Source: an uncultured Desulfarculus sp.
GTDB taxonomy: Bacteria > Desulfobacterota > Desulfarculia > Desulfarculales > Desulfarculaceae
Direction of reading: 5' to 3'
Length of the DNA: 64,000 bases
Assembly (NCBI GenBank): GCA_963665125.2
Contig: CAXXUK010000002.1
Span: 640,001-704,000 of the forward strand
Below, one piece after another: positions 9,811 to 19,500 of the stretch (its first letter is position 1; each line of letters begins with the position of its first letter). A model generated the notes under the pieces. It ran no database searches. It saw only the letters and a program-made list of their open reading frames with translations, and was not told the DNA's origin. A program made the translations under genes and the position numbers.

Positions 9811-10899
9811 ATGGCTGAAAAAACTGCGTCGCGGGGGGCGTACATTACCGAGAAAAAGCAGGCCGGGCTGCGCCCGGTGGGTGTTTTTCCGGCCCAGTAT
9901 CCCAAAGAGATCCTTTGGGCCCTGGGCATACTGCCTGTTGAAATCTGGGATCCGCCGCTGGATATCTCCACGGCTGGAGCGCATTTGCAGCCTTATGTCT
10001 GCTCCATCGTCCAAAGCGGGCTGGAACTGATACTAAATGGCGGCGCGGAGGAAATGGAGGCGTTTCTTTTTCCCCACACCTGCGATTCGGTGCAGAACCT
10101 GGCCACGGTGGTCAACGACTACATTGACCTGAACAAGCCCTGCTACTTCTTTTTTCACCCCAAGGCGCCCTACCGGCAGTCTTCCCGGGATTATTACTAC
10201 AACCAGCTCAAACGCCTGGCCAAGGAGCTGGAGCCCCAGTTCGGGCCAATGGACGCCGAAAAGCTGAAAACGGCCGTGGCCCAGGGGGCCAAGGTGGCCG
10301 AGCTGCTCCGCCAGATCTACATGCTCCGGGCCCAGAACCGTCTGGCCTGCTCGGCTGTCGAGTTTTACAAGACCATCCGCCTGGGCGAGTATCTGTTGCC
10401 GGAAGATTTCATCCCCGTGCTTGAGGACTTCATGCTCGGGGCGGGGGGCCAGGGTCCGAGCGGACCGGCCGTGGTGCTCAGCGGCGTATTGCCCAATCCG
10501 CCGGAAATTCTCCAGACCCTGGATGAAATGGACGTGCGCATCGGCAACGACGATCTTTTGGCCTGCAGCCGCCGGATGATCGCCCCGCCGGTCCACGACG
10601 ACGACCCGCTGATGCAGATGACCAAGGCCTATTTCGGTCTGCCGCCTTGCAGCACCAAGAACTCGCCCACCGATGAACGCCTGGACTATTTGCAGGTCAT
10701 CAGCGAGCGCAGCGGCGCCAAGGGCATCATCTTCAACATGGTCAAGTTCTGCGAGACCGAGCTTTTTGATATTCCCCAGCTGGAAGAGGCCCTAAAAAAA
10801 CGGGGCGTGCCCATTCTGGTGGTGGACACCGAAATAAACCAGGGATTTTCCGGCCAGCTGGCCACACGCATAGAAGCATTCATCGAGATGCTCGGTTAG
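9811..10899 (+). CDS. 2-hydroxyacyl-CoA dehydratase subunit (HgdB/BcrC-like)
   Basis: HLQPYVCS, FPHTCDS, VKFCE and GQLATRIEAFIEML motifs. Confidence 0.9.
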   Translation: MAEKTASRGAYITEKKQAGLRPVGVFPAQYPKEILWALGILPVEIWDPPLDISTAGAHLQPYVCSIVQSGLELILNGGAEEMEAFLFPHTCDSVQNLATVVNDYIDLNKPCYFFFHPKAPYRQSSRDYYYNQLKRLAKELEPQFGPMDAEKLKTAVAQGAKVAELLRQIYMLRAQNRLACSAVEFYKTIRLGEYLLPEDFIPVLEDFMLGAGGQGPSGPAVVLSGVLPNPPEILQTLDEMDVRIGNDDLLACSRRMIAPPVHDDDPLMQMTKAYFGLPPCSTKNSPTDERLDYLQVISERSGAKGIIFNMVKFCETELFDIPQLEEALKKRGVPILVVDTEINQGFSGQLATRIEAFIEMLG

Positions 10900-10909
10900 G
10901 AGGGCGAAC

Positions 10910-12244
10910 GTGTCACTGGCCAAGAAGATCGAATACTGGTTCATGAAGGATATCGGCGCCGATTTGTTGATGAAGTTCGGCGGGGCGGCCAAAAAGAAAA
11001 AGGGCCCATCCAAGCCCAACCCCAAACTGGGTCCGCGCCTTGAGGCCAGCGCCGTGTTGCAACGGATCATCGCCAGACATTATTTCATGTCGCGCTTTGC
11101 CAAGGGGGCCATGCCCGTCGCCTGGGTTACTTCCGGAGCGCCGGTGGAACTGCTGCGGGCTTTCGGTTTCTACACCGTTTATCCGGAAAACCACTCCGCC
11201 CTGTGCGGCGCGGCCAAGCGCGGGGCCGAGATCTGCCAGGTGGCCGAGGAACGCGGCTACGCCTCGGAGCTTTGTTCCTACGCCCGAGTCGATCTGGGGC
11301 ACCTGTTCAGCGGCAAGACGCCGGTGGGCCTGTTGCCCAAGCCGGACATCCTGTTTTGCACAACCAATATCTGCGCCACGGTGGGCTATTGGTACAAGGC
11401 AATCGCCCACTACCTGCAAATACCGCTGATCCAGCTGGACACGCCGTTCAACTTCACCGAGATGACCCAGGCCGACGAAGACTACATCGTGGCCCAACTG
11501 CACGAGTCGGTGGAGGAGTTGGAGAAATTCTCGGGCCGCAAATTCAACTACAACGAGTTCGTGCGCATTTGCGAGATGAGCCACGCCACGTCCATGCTCT
11601 GGGGCGAGGTCCTCGACACCATGAAGACCAAGCCATCGCCCATGACCATCTTCGACGCCTTCACCCAGATGCTGCCCGTGGTCAGCCTGCGGGGCCTGCC
11701 TGTGGCCAAAAACTACTACGAAATTCTGATCGAGGAATTGCAACAACGGGTCAAGGACGGCGTGGGGGCCCTGGCCAACGAGCGCAAGCGGCTGATGTGG
11801 GACAACATCGCCGTGTGGTTCAAACTCAACGACCTGTCCAAGCTCTTTGCCGAGCACGACATGAACTTCGTGGTGGCCACCTACACCAGTTCCTGGAGCT
11901 CCACCCAGGACCATATGTCCAACGCCGATCCCTTCAAGGGCATCGCCCAGACCTATAGCCGCACCATTCTCAACTGCAATCTCAACCACCGCCTGCACAC
12001 CATGCAGCAGTCCATTGAAGATTGGGACGTCGACGGCCTGGTGATCCATTCGGCCCGCTCGTGCAAGCCCTACTCCGTGGGCCAGTACGACCTCAAGCGC
12101 CTGGTCCTGGAGCGCTTCGACGTGCCGTCGGTGGTCATCGAGGCCGATATCGCCGACGAGCGGGTCTGGAGCGATGAACAGGTGCGCACCAGGCTGGAGG
12201 CGTTCTTTGAAGCACTGGAAGACGACGGCAGGGAGGCCGCATAA
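10910..12244 (+). CDS. 2-hydroxyacyl-CoA dehydratase subunit (HgdA/BcrB-like)
   Basis: YPENH, LCSYAR, TNICA, RSCKPYS and TRLEAFFE motifs. Confidence 0.9.
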   Translation: MSLAKKIEYWFMKDIGADLLMKFGGAAKKKKGPSKPNPKLGPRLEASAVLQRIIARHYFMSRFAKGAMPVAWVTSGAPVELLRAFGFYTVYPENHSALCGAAKRGAEICQVAEERGYASELCSYARVDLGHLFSGKTPVGLLPKPDILFCTTNICATVGYWYKAIAHYLQIPLIQLDTPFNFTEMTQADEDYIVAQLHESVEELEKFSGRKFNYNEFVRICEMSHATSMLWGEVLDTMKTKPSPMTIFDAFTQMLPVVSLRGLPVAKNYYEILIEELQQRVKDGVGALANERKRLMWDNIAVWFKLNDLSKLFAEHDMNFVVATYTSSWSSTQDHMSNADPFKGIAQTYSRTILNCNLNHRLHTMQQSIEDWDVDGLVIHSARSCKPYSVGQYDLKRLVLERFDVPSVVIEADIADERVWSDEQVRTRLEAFFEALEDDGREAA

Positions 12245-13024
12245 ATGGCATACTTCGCGGGGGTAGACGTCGGTTCTCTTAGCACCGACGTCGTGATCAT
12301 CGATGACAACGCCGAAATAATCTCCTATACGGTAATCGAAACCGGGGCCAACTCCACCCAGGCCGCTGAAAAGGCCCTGGAAAGCGCCCTGGAACAGGCC
12401 GGGATCAAACGACGGGACATCGCCAAGGTGGTGGCCACCGGCTACGGCCGCATCAGCGTGCCCGGCGCGGACAAAAAGATAACCGAGATCACCTGCCACG
12501 GCGCGGGGGCGCACCACCTGTTCCCCGGCGCCCAGACCGTAATCGATATCGGCGGCCAGGACTCCAAGGTCATCCGCCTGGGGCCCGGCGGCAAGGTCAT
12601 CGATTTCGTGATGAACGACAAGTGCGCCGCGGGCACGGGCCGCTTTCTGGAGGTCATGGCCGGCAAGCTCCAGGTGAAGCTTTCGGACATGGGGCCGCTG
12701 TCTTTGAAGGCCCAGGGCGAACCGGTGAAGATCAGCAGCGTCTGCACGGTGTTCGCCGAGAGCGAGGTCGTCAGCCTGGTGGCCCAAAACCATCCCACCG
12801 AGCAGATCATCAAGGGCATCCACAAGGCCATCGTCAACCGCGTCTGGAACATGGTCAAGGGTCTGGGCGAACCGGGCAAGGTGGTCATGAGCGGCGGCGT
12901 GGCCAAGAACCGGGGCGTTGCCGCCCTGTTCGAGGAACGCCTTGGCGCGCCCATGCTCATCAGCGACGAGCCCCAGATCGTGGGGGCTTTGGGCGCGGCG
13001 CTGTTGGCCCGCAATCAGAGCTGA
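12245..13024 (+). CDS. CoA-substrate-specific enzyme activase (HgdC/BadF-G ASKHA ATPase)
   Basis: GVDVGS, ATGYGR, DIGGQDSK, MNDKCAAGTGRFLE, CTVFAESE motifs. Confidence 0.94.
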   Translation: MAYFAGVDVGSLSTDVVIIDDNAEIISYTVIETGANSTQAAEKALESALEQAGIKRRDIAKVVATGYGRISVPGADKKITEITCHGAGAHHLFPGAQTVIDIGGQDSKVIRLGPGGKVIDFVMNDKCAAGTGRFLEVMAGKLQVKLSDMGPLSLKAQGEPVKISSVCTVFAESEVVSLVAQNHPTEQIIKGIHKAIVNRVWNMVKGLGEPGKVVMSGGVAKNRGVAALFEERLGAPMLISDEPQIVGALGAALLARNQS

Positions 13025-13051
13025 CACCTGCACCATAGTCCGATAAACAGC

Positions 13052-13081
13052 GCCCCGGACGGACCAAGTCCGATCCGGGGC
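13052..13081. terminator. GC-rich hairpin between convergent operons
   Basis: gccccgga-cggac-caa-gtccg-a-tccggggc stem-loop. Confidence 0.55.
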
Positions 13082-13198
13082 TTACGGTGCATGGCTTGAT
13101 TCTGCGGGAAACAAACACTTCCATACGCCAACACGCACTGAATGCCTACACATTCAGACCGGGGCGGCTTTAGTCATTATCAGGCCGTGCAATGAAAT

Positions 13199-14671
13199 CT
13201 ATTGCTCCCCAGTGCCGGGTTGGCCAAACTTCAAGAGCCGATCGGCCTCGGGCGCGACCCCTCGCTTCTCATCACGCCCGCCCGGGCTCTCTCCTCGATC
13301 CTTGGCCTTCTGCTCCAGGGTAAACAGCCGTTCCACCCAATCCCGCTTGTAATAGATGTCGGCTTCGAACGCCCACTTTTCCAGCCTCTTGGCAAACCAC
13401 AGGGCCGCCCAGCATTCCTTGTGGGCCGCGGCCATGAGACCTTGCTTTTCGAGGACCAGGCTCAATTGGTAATGGTAATCGGGGTCCTTGATGTTCAAGG
13501 CCAAGGCGGCCTGCAGGTTCTCCCTGGCCGGACCAAACTCTCCCTTGGCCAGGAGGGCTTGCCCCCGTAGGGCCAGGGCCAGGGCCAGGTCCTTGTCGGC
13601 TTCGGGAATCCTCTGGGCCAGTTGGTCCAGACCGGGCCCTTTGCGGCTGGCCGCCAGCTGCTCATACGCCTGGGAGAGCGCCGGCATGGGGGCTTTGTGC
13701 GGCGCGGCAGCCGACTCTATATAGTGATCCAGGTCCGTTAGGGCCTGGTCCGCGTCACCTTGGGAAACCAGGATTTCGCCACGGAAGAGGAGGGCGGGGC
13801 CGAAACCGGAATCTTTTGCCAAAGCCTCGTTCAACTTGTCCATGGCCCAGTCCGGCTTGGCCAACCGCCAGGCGGCCTGGGCGGCCACCGTCATGGCCAT
13901 GGGGACTTCATCAGGGCTGCCGCCGCCGAAATACGCGGCCCGGCGGGCCAGGCGGAGGGCCTGGTGGCAGTCTCCGGCCCGGAGGGCGGCTTGGGCCACC
14001 TTCAGGTCCAGCGCCGGGTCCACCGTGTAGAAATCAACCAGTATGCCCAGCCCCAGGACCAGAGCCACCATGACACCGACCACGTTCATCCATTTGCTGG
14101 GTTTGGGGCCCTGGTCGGAGGCATCATTCGTAGGCGGCTCGGATGTCGCCTGCTCCCCTGGATCGGAGCCGGCGCCCCAGGGCAACCGCGCCAGGAAAAA
14201 GTACATGATGGCCCAGTCCACAAGGCTGAAAACGACCCACATGAACCCGCCGGCCCCCATGCCGAATCCTTTTTGCACACCGCCGGAGGACATGATGCCA
14301 AACGCGAATTCAACGCCATTGCCCGACAATACCTGGGACAGGAAACCCAGGGGCGCGAACCATGGCTGGGCGAGGCCAAAGCCCACCGCAAGCCCCGTCT
14401 GAAAGATCAGGAACCACAGAAAGGCCATTTTCAAGCAGACCGCGTTTTCCGGAGAAACCCCGGCCCGGTTGATGCGTCTGACCAGCCAGGCGATCAGCAG
14501 GCCGCAGACCGCGCCTTGGGCCAGCACGAAAAAGCCCATCCAATAGCGCAGCCAGCCCATGCCCAAACCCAGCAGCAGCGCCGCTAGCGACCCAACGATG
14601 GCCGCCCTGACGAGATCGCCCGTGCCGGTGTCCGGCCTTGCCGCCATAGGTTTATCATCGTATGTATTCAC
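13199..14671 (-). CDS. Membrane protein with N-terminal TM helices and C-terminal TPR repeats
   Basis: About five hydrophobic segments followed by TPR-like helices (ALLFRGEILVSQGDADQAL; ALALRGQALLAKGEFGPARENLQAAL). Confidence 0.75.
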   Translation of the reverse strand: MNTYDDKPMAARPDTGTGDLVRAAIVGSLAALLLGLGMGWLRYWMGFFVLAQGAVCGLLIAWLVRRINRAGVSPENAVCLKMAFLWFLIFQTGLAVGFGLAQPWFAPLGFLSQVLSGNGVEFAFGIMSSGGVQKGFGMGAGGFMWVVFSLVDWAIMYFFLARLPWGAGSDPGEQATSEPPTNDASDQGPKPSKWMNVVGVMVALVLGLGILVDFYTVDPALDLKVAQAALRAGDCHQALRLARRAAYFGGGSPDEVPMAMTVAAQAAWRLAKPDWAMDKLNEALAKDSGFGPALLFRGEILVSQGDADQALTDLDHYIESAAAPHKAPMPALSQAYEQLAASRKGPGLDQLAQRIPEADKDLALALALRGQALLAKGEFGPARENLQAALALNIKDPDYHYQLSLVLEKQGLMAAAHKECWAALWFAKRLEKWAFEADIYYKRDWVERLFTLEQKAKDRGESPGGRDEKRGVAPEADRLLKFGQPGTGEQ

Positions 14672-14694
14672 GTGTTGAGCTGTTGCCTCCCGGA

Positions 14695-15816
14695 TTATTT
14701 CGCGGTCCCTGGTTTCGCCGTGGGTTCAGGGGGAACCTCCTCCTCGAAGGGCACACCGGCGCGTCCCAAGGCGTCGCAAATCTCGTCGTAGCCCACCAAT
14801 TTGTCGGCCCACACCTTCAGGATCCGGCCGTCCCGGCAGGGAATCTCGAGCCCGTAATTGAAGGCTTGCGCGCCGAGGACGATTGGTCCCGCCAGGCGCG
14901 GGTTGAGCAGGATGGTCAGCCAGGCGACAATCTTGAACCACCTTGGCGGAGTCCAGCTTGCTGGTTTCACCAGGGTCATTTCGCTGTAAAGAAAGCGATT
15001 GGATCCCCTCAGGCTCACCTTGGTTATACCGTCGGGTGCGATGACAAAACGCAGACCCTCGTACCAGGCCGAAATGACAAAGCAGGACGCGCCGATGGCG
15101 GCTATGAACCAGAAGATCAGGCTGAACCAGGCGTCGCCCTGGCTGAAGCTCAGAGGGCGGGGGTGGGGTGTGATCTGGGGCGTTATCAGCAATGGCATGA
15201 CCATGAAGGCCCCGGCCAAGAGCAATCCGGTGAAATCCGGCCCGATCACCGAGCGCCAGCGAATGTAGGACGCCTCGTGCTCCCGGCGTCGCCGCCAGGG
15301 CAGCACCAGATAGAGCAGCACCCCGACCCCGGCCAGCCAGGGCGCCAGGTGGGCGTATGGCCTGGTCATGCCCCAGGAAACGCCGGTCATGTTGGATGCG
15401 CTGTCGGTGCCAATGAAGCCGGCCCATAGAAACACCGGGTACTTGCCCGGCAGTCCCAAGGTGTAGAGGGGATAGTCGGAATCCTCCAGGTCGCTCAAAG
15501 GTGGCGTGCCCGCCGGCAAATACATATAGTTACGGCGGCCGCCGGCGCCGGAGGCTTTTTCCCCCGCTTTCTGGAAAAGTTCCTCCCAGGCCGGGCCCTG
15601 CACCTTGTGTCCGGTGGTTTGGGTTTCCTTCCTGACGAACTCGGCCAACCCGGCCGTTCGGGCTTGACCCTGGTGGAAGTAGGCCATTTTTTCGGCATAC
15701 TTGCGTCCCAGGTCCACCTGACAGACTTGCCAGACGCCGGGGGCGGGGTAGCACAGGCACCACAGGGAGGCCATGATTGGCAATATCCCCAACAATTTGC
15801 GTAAAACCGGCCACAT
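14695..15816 (-). CDS. Hypothetical multi-pass membrane protein with possible C-terminal bacterial PH-like domain
   Basis: GGAGG RBS; several TM segments; co-oriented with the TPR gene. Confidence 0.7.
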   Translation of the reverse strand: MWPVLRKLLGILPIMASLWCLCYPAPGVWQVCQVDLGRKYAEKMAYFHQGQARTAGLAEFVRKETQTTGHKVQGPAWEELFQKAGEKASGAGGRRNYMYLPAGTPPLSDLEDSDYPLYTLGLPGKYPVFLWAGFIGTDSASNMTGVSWGMTRPYAHLAPWLAGVGVLLYLVLPWRRRREHEASYIRWRSVIGPDFTGLLLAGAFMVMPLLITPQITPHPRPLSFSQGDAWFSLIFWFIAAIGASCFVISAWYEGLRFVIAPDGITKVSLRGSNRFLYSEMTLVKPASWTPPRWFKIVAWLTILLNPRLAGPIVLGAQAFNYGLEIPCRDGRILKVWADKLVGYDEICDALGRAGVPFEEEVPPEPTAKPGTAK

Positions 15817-15847
15817 GGTTGGCCTCCGTTTGGGGTGCGCTTGTCAC

Positions 15848-16000
15848 TGGTCTGACCCATCACCGACAGACAGTTTGTTAAGCGACAATTTCGTTTTCAA
15901 AGGCCAACAGTCTGATGTAGTCGTTGGCACTGTGCATTCTGTTGTGGTTGTAGGGCGCATCAAAAATGCCCGAACACTGCCCGGCACAGGTCCTGACGAT
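15848..16000 (-). pseudogene. IS3-family remnant (transposase C-terminus plus terminal repeat)
   Basis: YNHNRMHSANDY...FENEIVA* resembles the IS3 OrfB tail YNxxRxHSxLxYxSPxxFE; followed on the minus strand by ...GGGTCAGACCA, an IS3-type CA end. Confidence 0.55.
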
Positions 16001-16387
16001 TAGCGACGCTTCCGCCGATGATCTGCAAGGTTCAGTCCTCGGCAATTCACGTGGCTTCAAGTTATGCTAAGTGTCCCACACTATAGGAGGCCATGTCCCT
16101 AAATTACAGGGTTAGAACGCACATGGACCTTACCCTTGCCTTTCCTCCAGTCATTTTGGTCCCATGAAGCGACTTGGGCCGTAGCCGATGGTTTTACCTA
16201 GCCGCTACAGCCCATTTCTTTAGGGAGGCAATGAACCCATCATGCAGAGGATTCCATTATTGCCACCAATAAAATGATCATCAAGAGTTCGCTTCAGGCG
16301 GACTGGGGGCAAGTGGTTCTTTTTTCGGATAGAGAACAAGCAATCCGCCCAGCCCGGACGGCGGCTCGGCAATTAACTGGACGCCGA

Positions 16388-16509
16388 ACACCCGGGGCTT
16401 TGTCATGGCTTACCCTTTAAAGGCGATCTTGACAAAGCCCCGGTGTGCTGTTTTTTGTGACCGCCGTCAAAGTGGCATGCGGATAGGCACGCCACTTTGA
16501 CGGCGGTCA
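16388..16509. repeat. Two adjacent long inverted repeats at the 3' end of the large surface-protein gene
   Basis: ccggggctttgtca...tgacaaagccccgg and a perfect 19-bp stem tgaccgccgtcaaagtggc...gccactttgacggcggtca. Confidence 0.8.
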
Positions 16510-16515
16510 ACGGCA

Positions 16516-19500
16516 TTAATGCACCGGTATAACACTGGCCCGCATCGTATTCTCGCCCGGCGACACGAAGATGTAAGTGACTTCCGGCGAGATTTCGCAC
16601 TCTCCCCGGGGGTGGATGCTTGAGGGGTAGATCTTGTAAGTGCCCGTTGATACTTGATTTAGATGCGATACGCCGGTGACGGGGTCTGAAGCCACCTGGC
16701 GTTGGCTCTGGGCCTGGTAGTCCTGGGGCCGCTGGCGGGCGTATTCGGTCATATCGCTTTGGCCCAGGTATTCCACCTGCCACACAACCTGTGGGCGGTC
16801 CTCCATGTCCCGGCTCCGGCCTAATCGGATGGTCAGGTTGCCCACGCTGCTATGGCCCACGTCCCGCCGCACGATATAGCGGCCGCCGAAGTTGGTACTG
16901 TCGGCTCTGTTGGTCATCAGCATTGAGGCCGGTTCAAAGGTGAGATCGGCTCCCATGGGCACCAGCTTGACGACGCCCGGCGGTACGTCCCAGATAATGA
17001 AGCTGCCGTCCGGGTTTATTCTGACCTGGGCGTTGGTTCGCTGGCAGGTGGGATCTTGGACGTGGTCGCAGCTTTCCACCCGCAGCGTTATTCCATCCGG
17101 TATGGGGCTGTCGTCGAGGGTGCTGAACCTGCCGTTGATGGACTGGGCGTTGTAGTCTCCGGAGGCGCGTACGAAGTCCACGCCGCTGACGGATTGGCCG
17201 CTGAGGTTGACGATGCGCTCCGCGGGCTGGAAAGCGGTGTGCACCGACTGCGGCACCAGCACATAGCGCCCTTGGCCCAGGCCCTGGAACACGAAATGGC
17301 CGTCATCTTCGGTGACGGCCGCCAGGTGGCCGGGCACCACAACCCTGGCGCTGCAATTGGGGTCATTGCCTCCGGTGCAGTAAAACAGCTTCACCTGCTT
17401 GTCACCCAAGCCCTCGTGGCCCAAGCCCCCGCTGTACGTAACGGACCAAAGGTTTCCGGCAATAAACGAGTTGCCCGTGGGGGCGATGCGGCTGGCCACA
17501 AAATAATGGTTCAGCATGTTGCGGTCGTTTATTGTGATATTAAGCGCCGCCGGCTCAAAGGAGTAGCCTTCCAATTCCGGGCGCACCACGTATTGCCCCT
17601 GGGGCAGATCGCGGAAGGCGAAGACCCCGGACTGGGCCGTGGTGGTGGTCTGGTCGCCGCAGTGGACGGTGACCCCGGCCAGGGGCCTGCCGTCGGCCTG
17701 GATCGTGCCGTTTATAACGAAACGGGCCAAATGGGTTGGCGTGGCCTCAATCTCCACGATGTGGCCGTCGGAAGCGCTGGCGACGGCCCGCCTCGGCGAG
17801 AAATCCCAGCCGTCTTTTCTGGGGCGTATTGTGACATATACATTCTGCCGGATTCCCTGGGTCTGGAACTCGCCGTTTTCATCGGTCCTCAAGTTGGGGT
17901 GATCGATACCCCGAATTTCGATGGTCACGTCGTCGGCGCCCGAGCCGTCGGCTAGCCGCACCACGCCAACGATGGGCCGGGAGTCCATGGGGCGACTATC
18001 CGGAGTCGGCGTTGCCCTGGTCTGCAGGTCCCGTGACAGGTCGAAGTCTACTTGCAGTTCCTGCCTGGAGCCGTAAGGAACCGTGACAATGCGTTCCACG
18101 GGTTGGGGCAGGCCCGAGTTCTGGGGCACCAATGGCTTGACCTTGTATCGCCCGGCATCGACGATGACCGAATAATTGCCGCTTTGGTCCACCGAAACAG
18201 CGCGGACCGCGCCGCCAATTCCGGCGGAATTCAGGCGCTGCACCCGGACCTGGCTGACGCCTTGGGCGGGGTCCTCGCAGTCGTTTACCGTGCCGTGAAT
18301 CCGGTAGCGGGGTGTCACCGTGATGCTGGACAAGTGCGAGTATTGTTCTTCCGCCAAAATGGTTTGCTGGCCCCCGGATATGGACCACATCGATGGGGCC
18401 GTGACGGTAATGGTGTATCTGCCCGGGGGCAGCTGACACCATCTAAGATAATTGTCACTACGAATGCTGAATTGGCCGGCATTGGGGCTGATGCTGACCT
18501 GCAACAGGCCGGCTTGGTACATATCCCGGACCCAGTTGTCCGCGAGTTCCTGCTGATTCCACCCGGCGGTCATCTGCCCGCTGATGACGCGGTCGGCGGA
18601 TACGCCGCCCCCGAGCCTGACCGGGGCGGACTGGCTGAACGACAGGCCCAGGGGCAGCCGCTGGATTTCATTGTTGGCCTTATCGAGCAAGACCAACTCG
18701 TACTGACCGGAAGGGAGCTTTTGCGAGTTGCTGTCGATCTGGAGCTTGTCCTCGGCCAAAGAGGCGCTCAGACCCTCGACGGCCTTGCCGCCATGCAGGA
18801 TGTGTACTTTGGCCACCCTGGCGGTTTGGGCTCCCCGTAAGTTCACCTGGGTGTCTTTGCCCTGCGTAATGGCGATGCTTTGGGGCCAAATAGTGATCTT
18901 GGCCTGGGTTGTTTCCGCGGCCGCGGTCGGTTTGACAACCGGCTTGGGCGTGGGCTTTACCATCAATTGGGCGGTTTTAGCGCTGGTTGCTCCGATGCCG
19001 CTGAGTTGGGCCCTGATGGAGGCGGTTTTCTCCAGTTCGATGCCCGTGTTGAAAACCACTTTCTTTTGGGAACTGTTGAGCCGGCGGCCCTTTGGGTCCA
19101 CTTTGCCAAGATCAAAGCTGTGGCTCTCGCCATCGGCGATTACCGTGAGCCTGGCCCGGGACAGGGCCGAGGCAGGGACCTCGGCTGCGCTCCAGCGTTC
19201 AAGGGTCACCCGCACTGTGCGGTCGACCAGGGCTATGTCCTTGACCCGCACCACCGCCGGAACCGGAGTGGGCTTGACCTGGACGGTTGGCTTGGTGGGA
19301 ATGGACGTCGCCGGCTGGAGGACCGGTTTGGGCGTGGGCTTTACCATCAATTGGGCGGTTTTAACGCTGGTAGCTCCGATTCCGCTGAGCTGGGCCCTGA
19401 TGGAGGCGGTTTTCTCCAGTTCGATGCCCGTGTTGAAGACCACTTTCTTTTGGGAGCTGTTGAGCTTGCTGCCCGCCGGATCGGCCTTGTGCAGGTTATA

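Noticed and set aside
10913..13036. 707-aa minus-strand ORF and similar long antisense ORFs (e.g. 1808-3211, 35141-36397)
   Set aside because: Shadow ORFs of GC-rich genes on the opposite strand; no motifs
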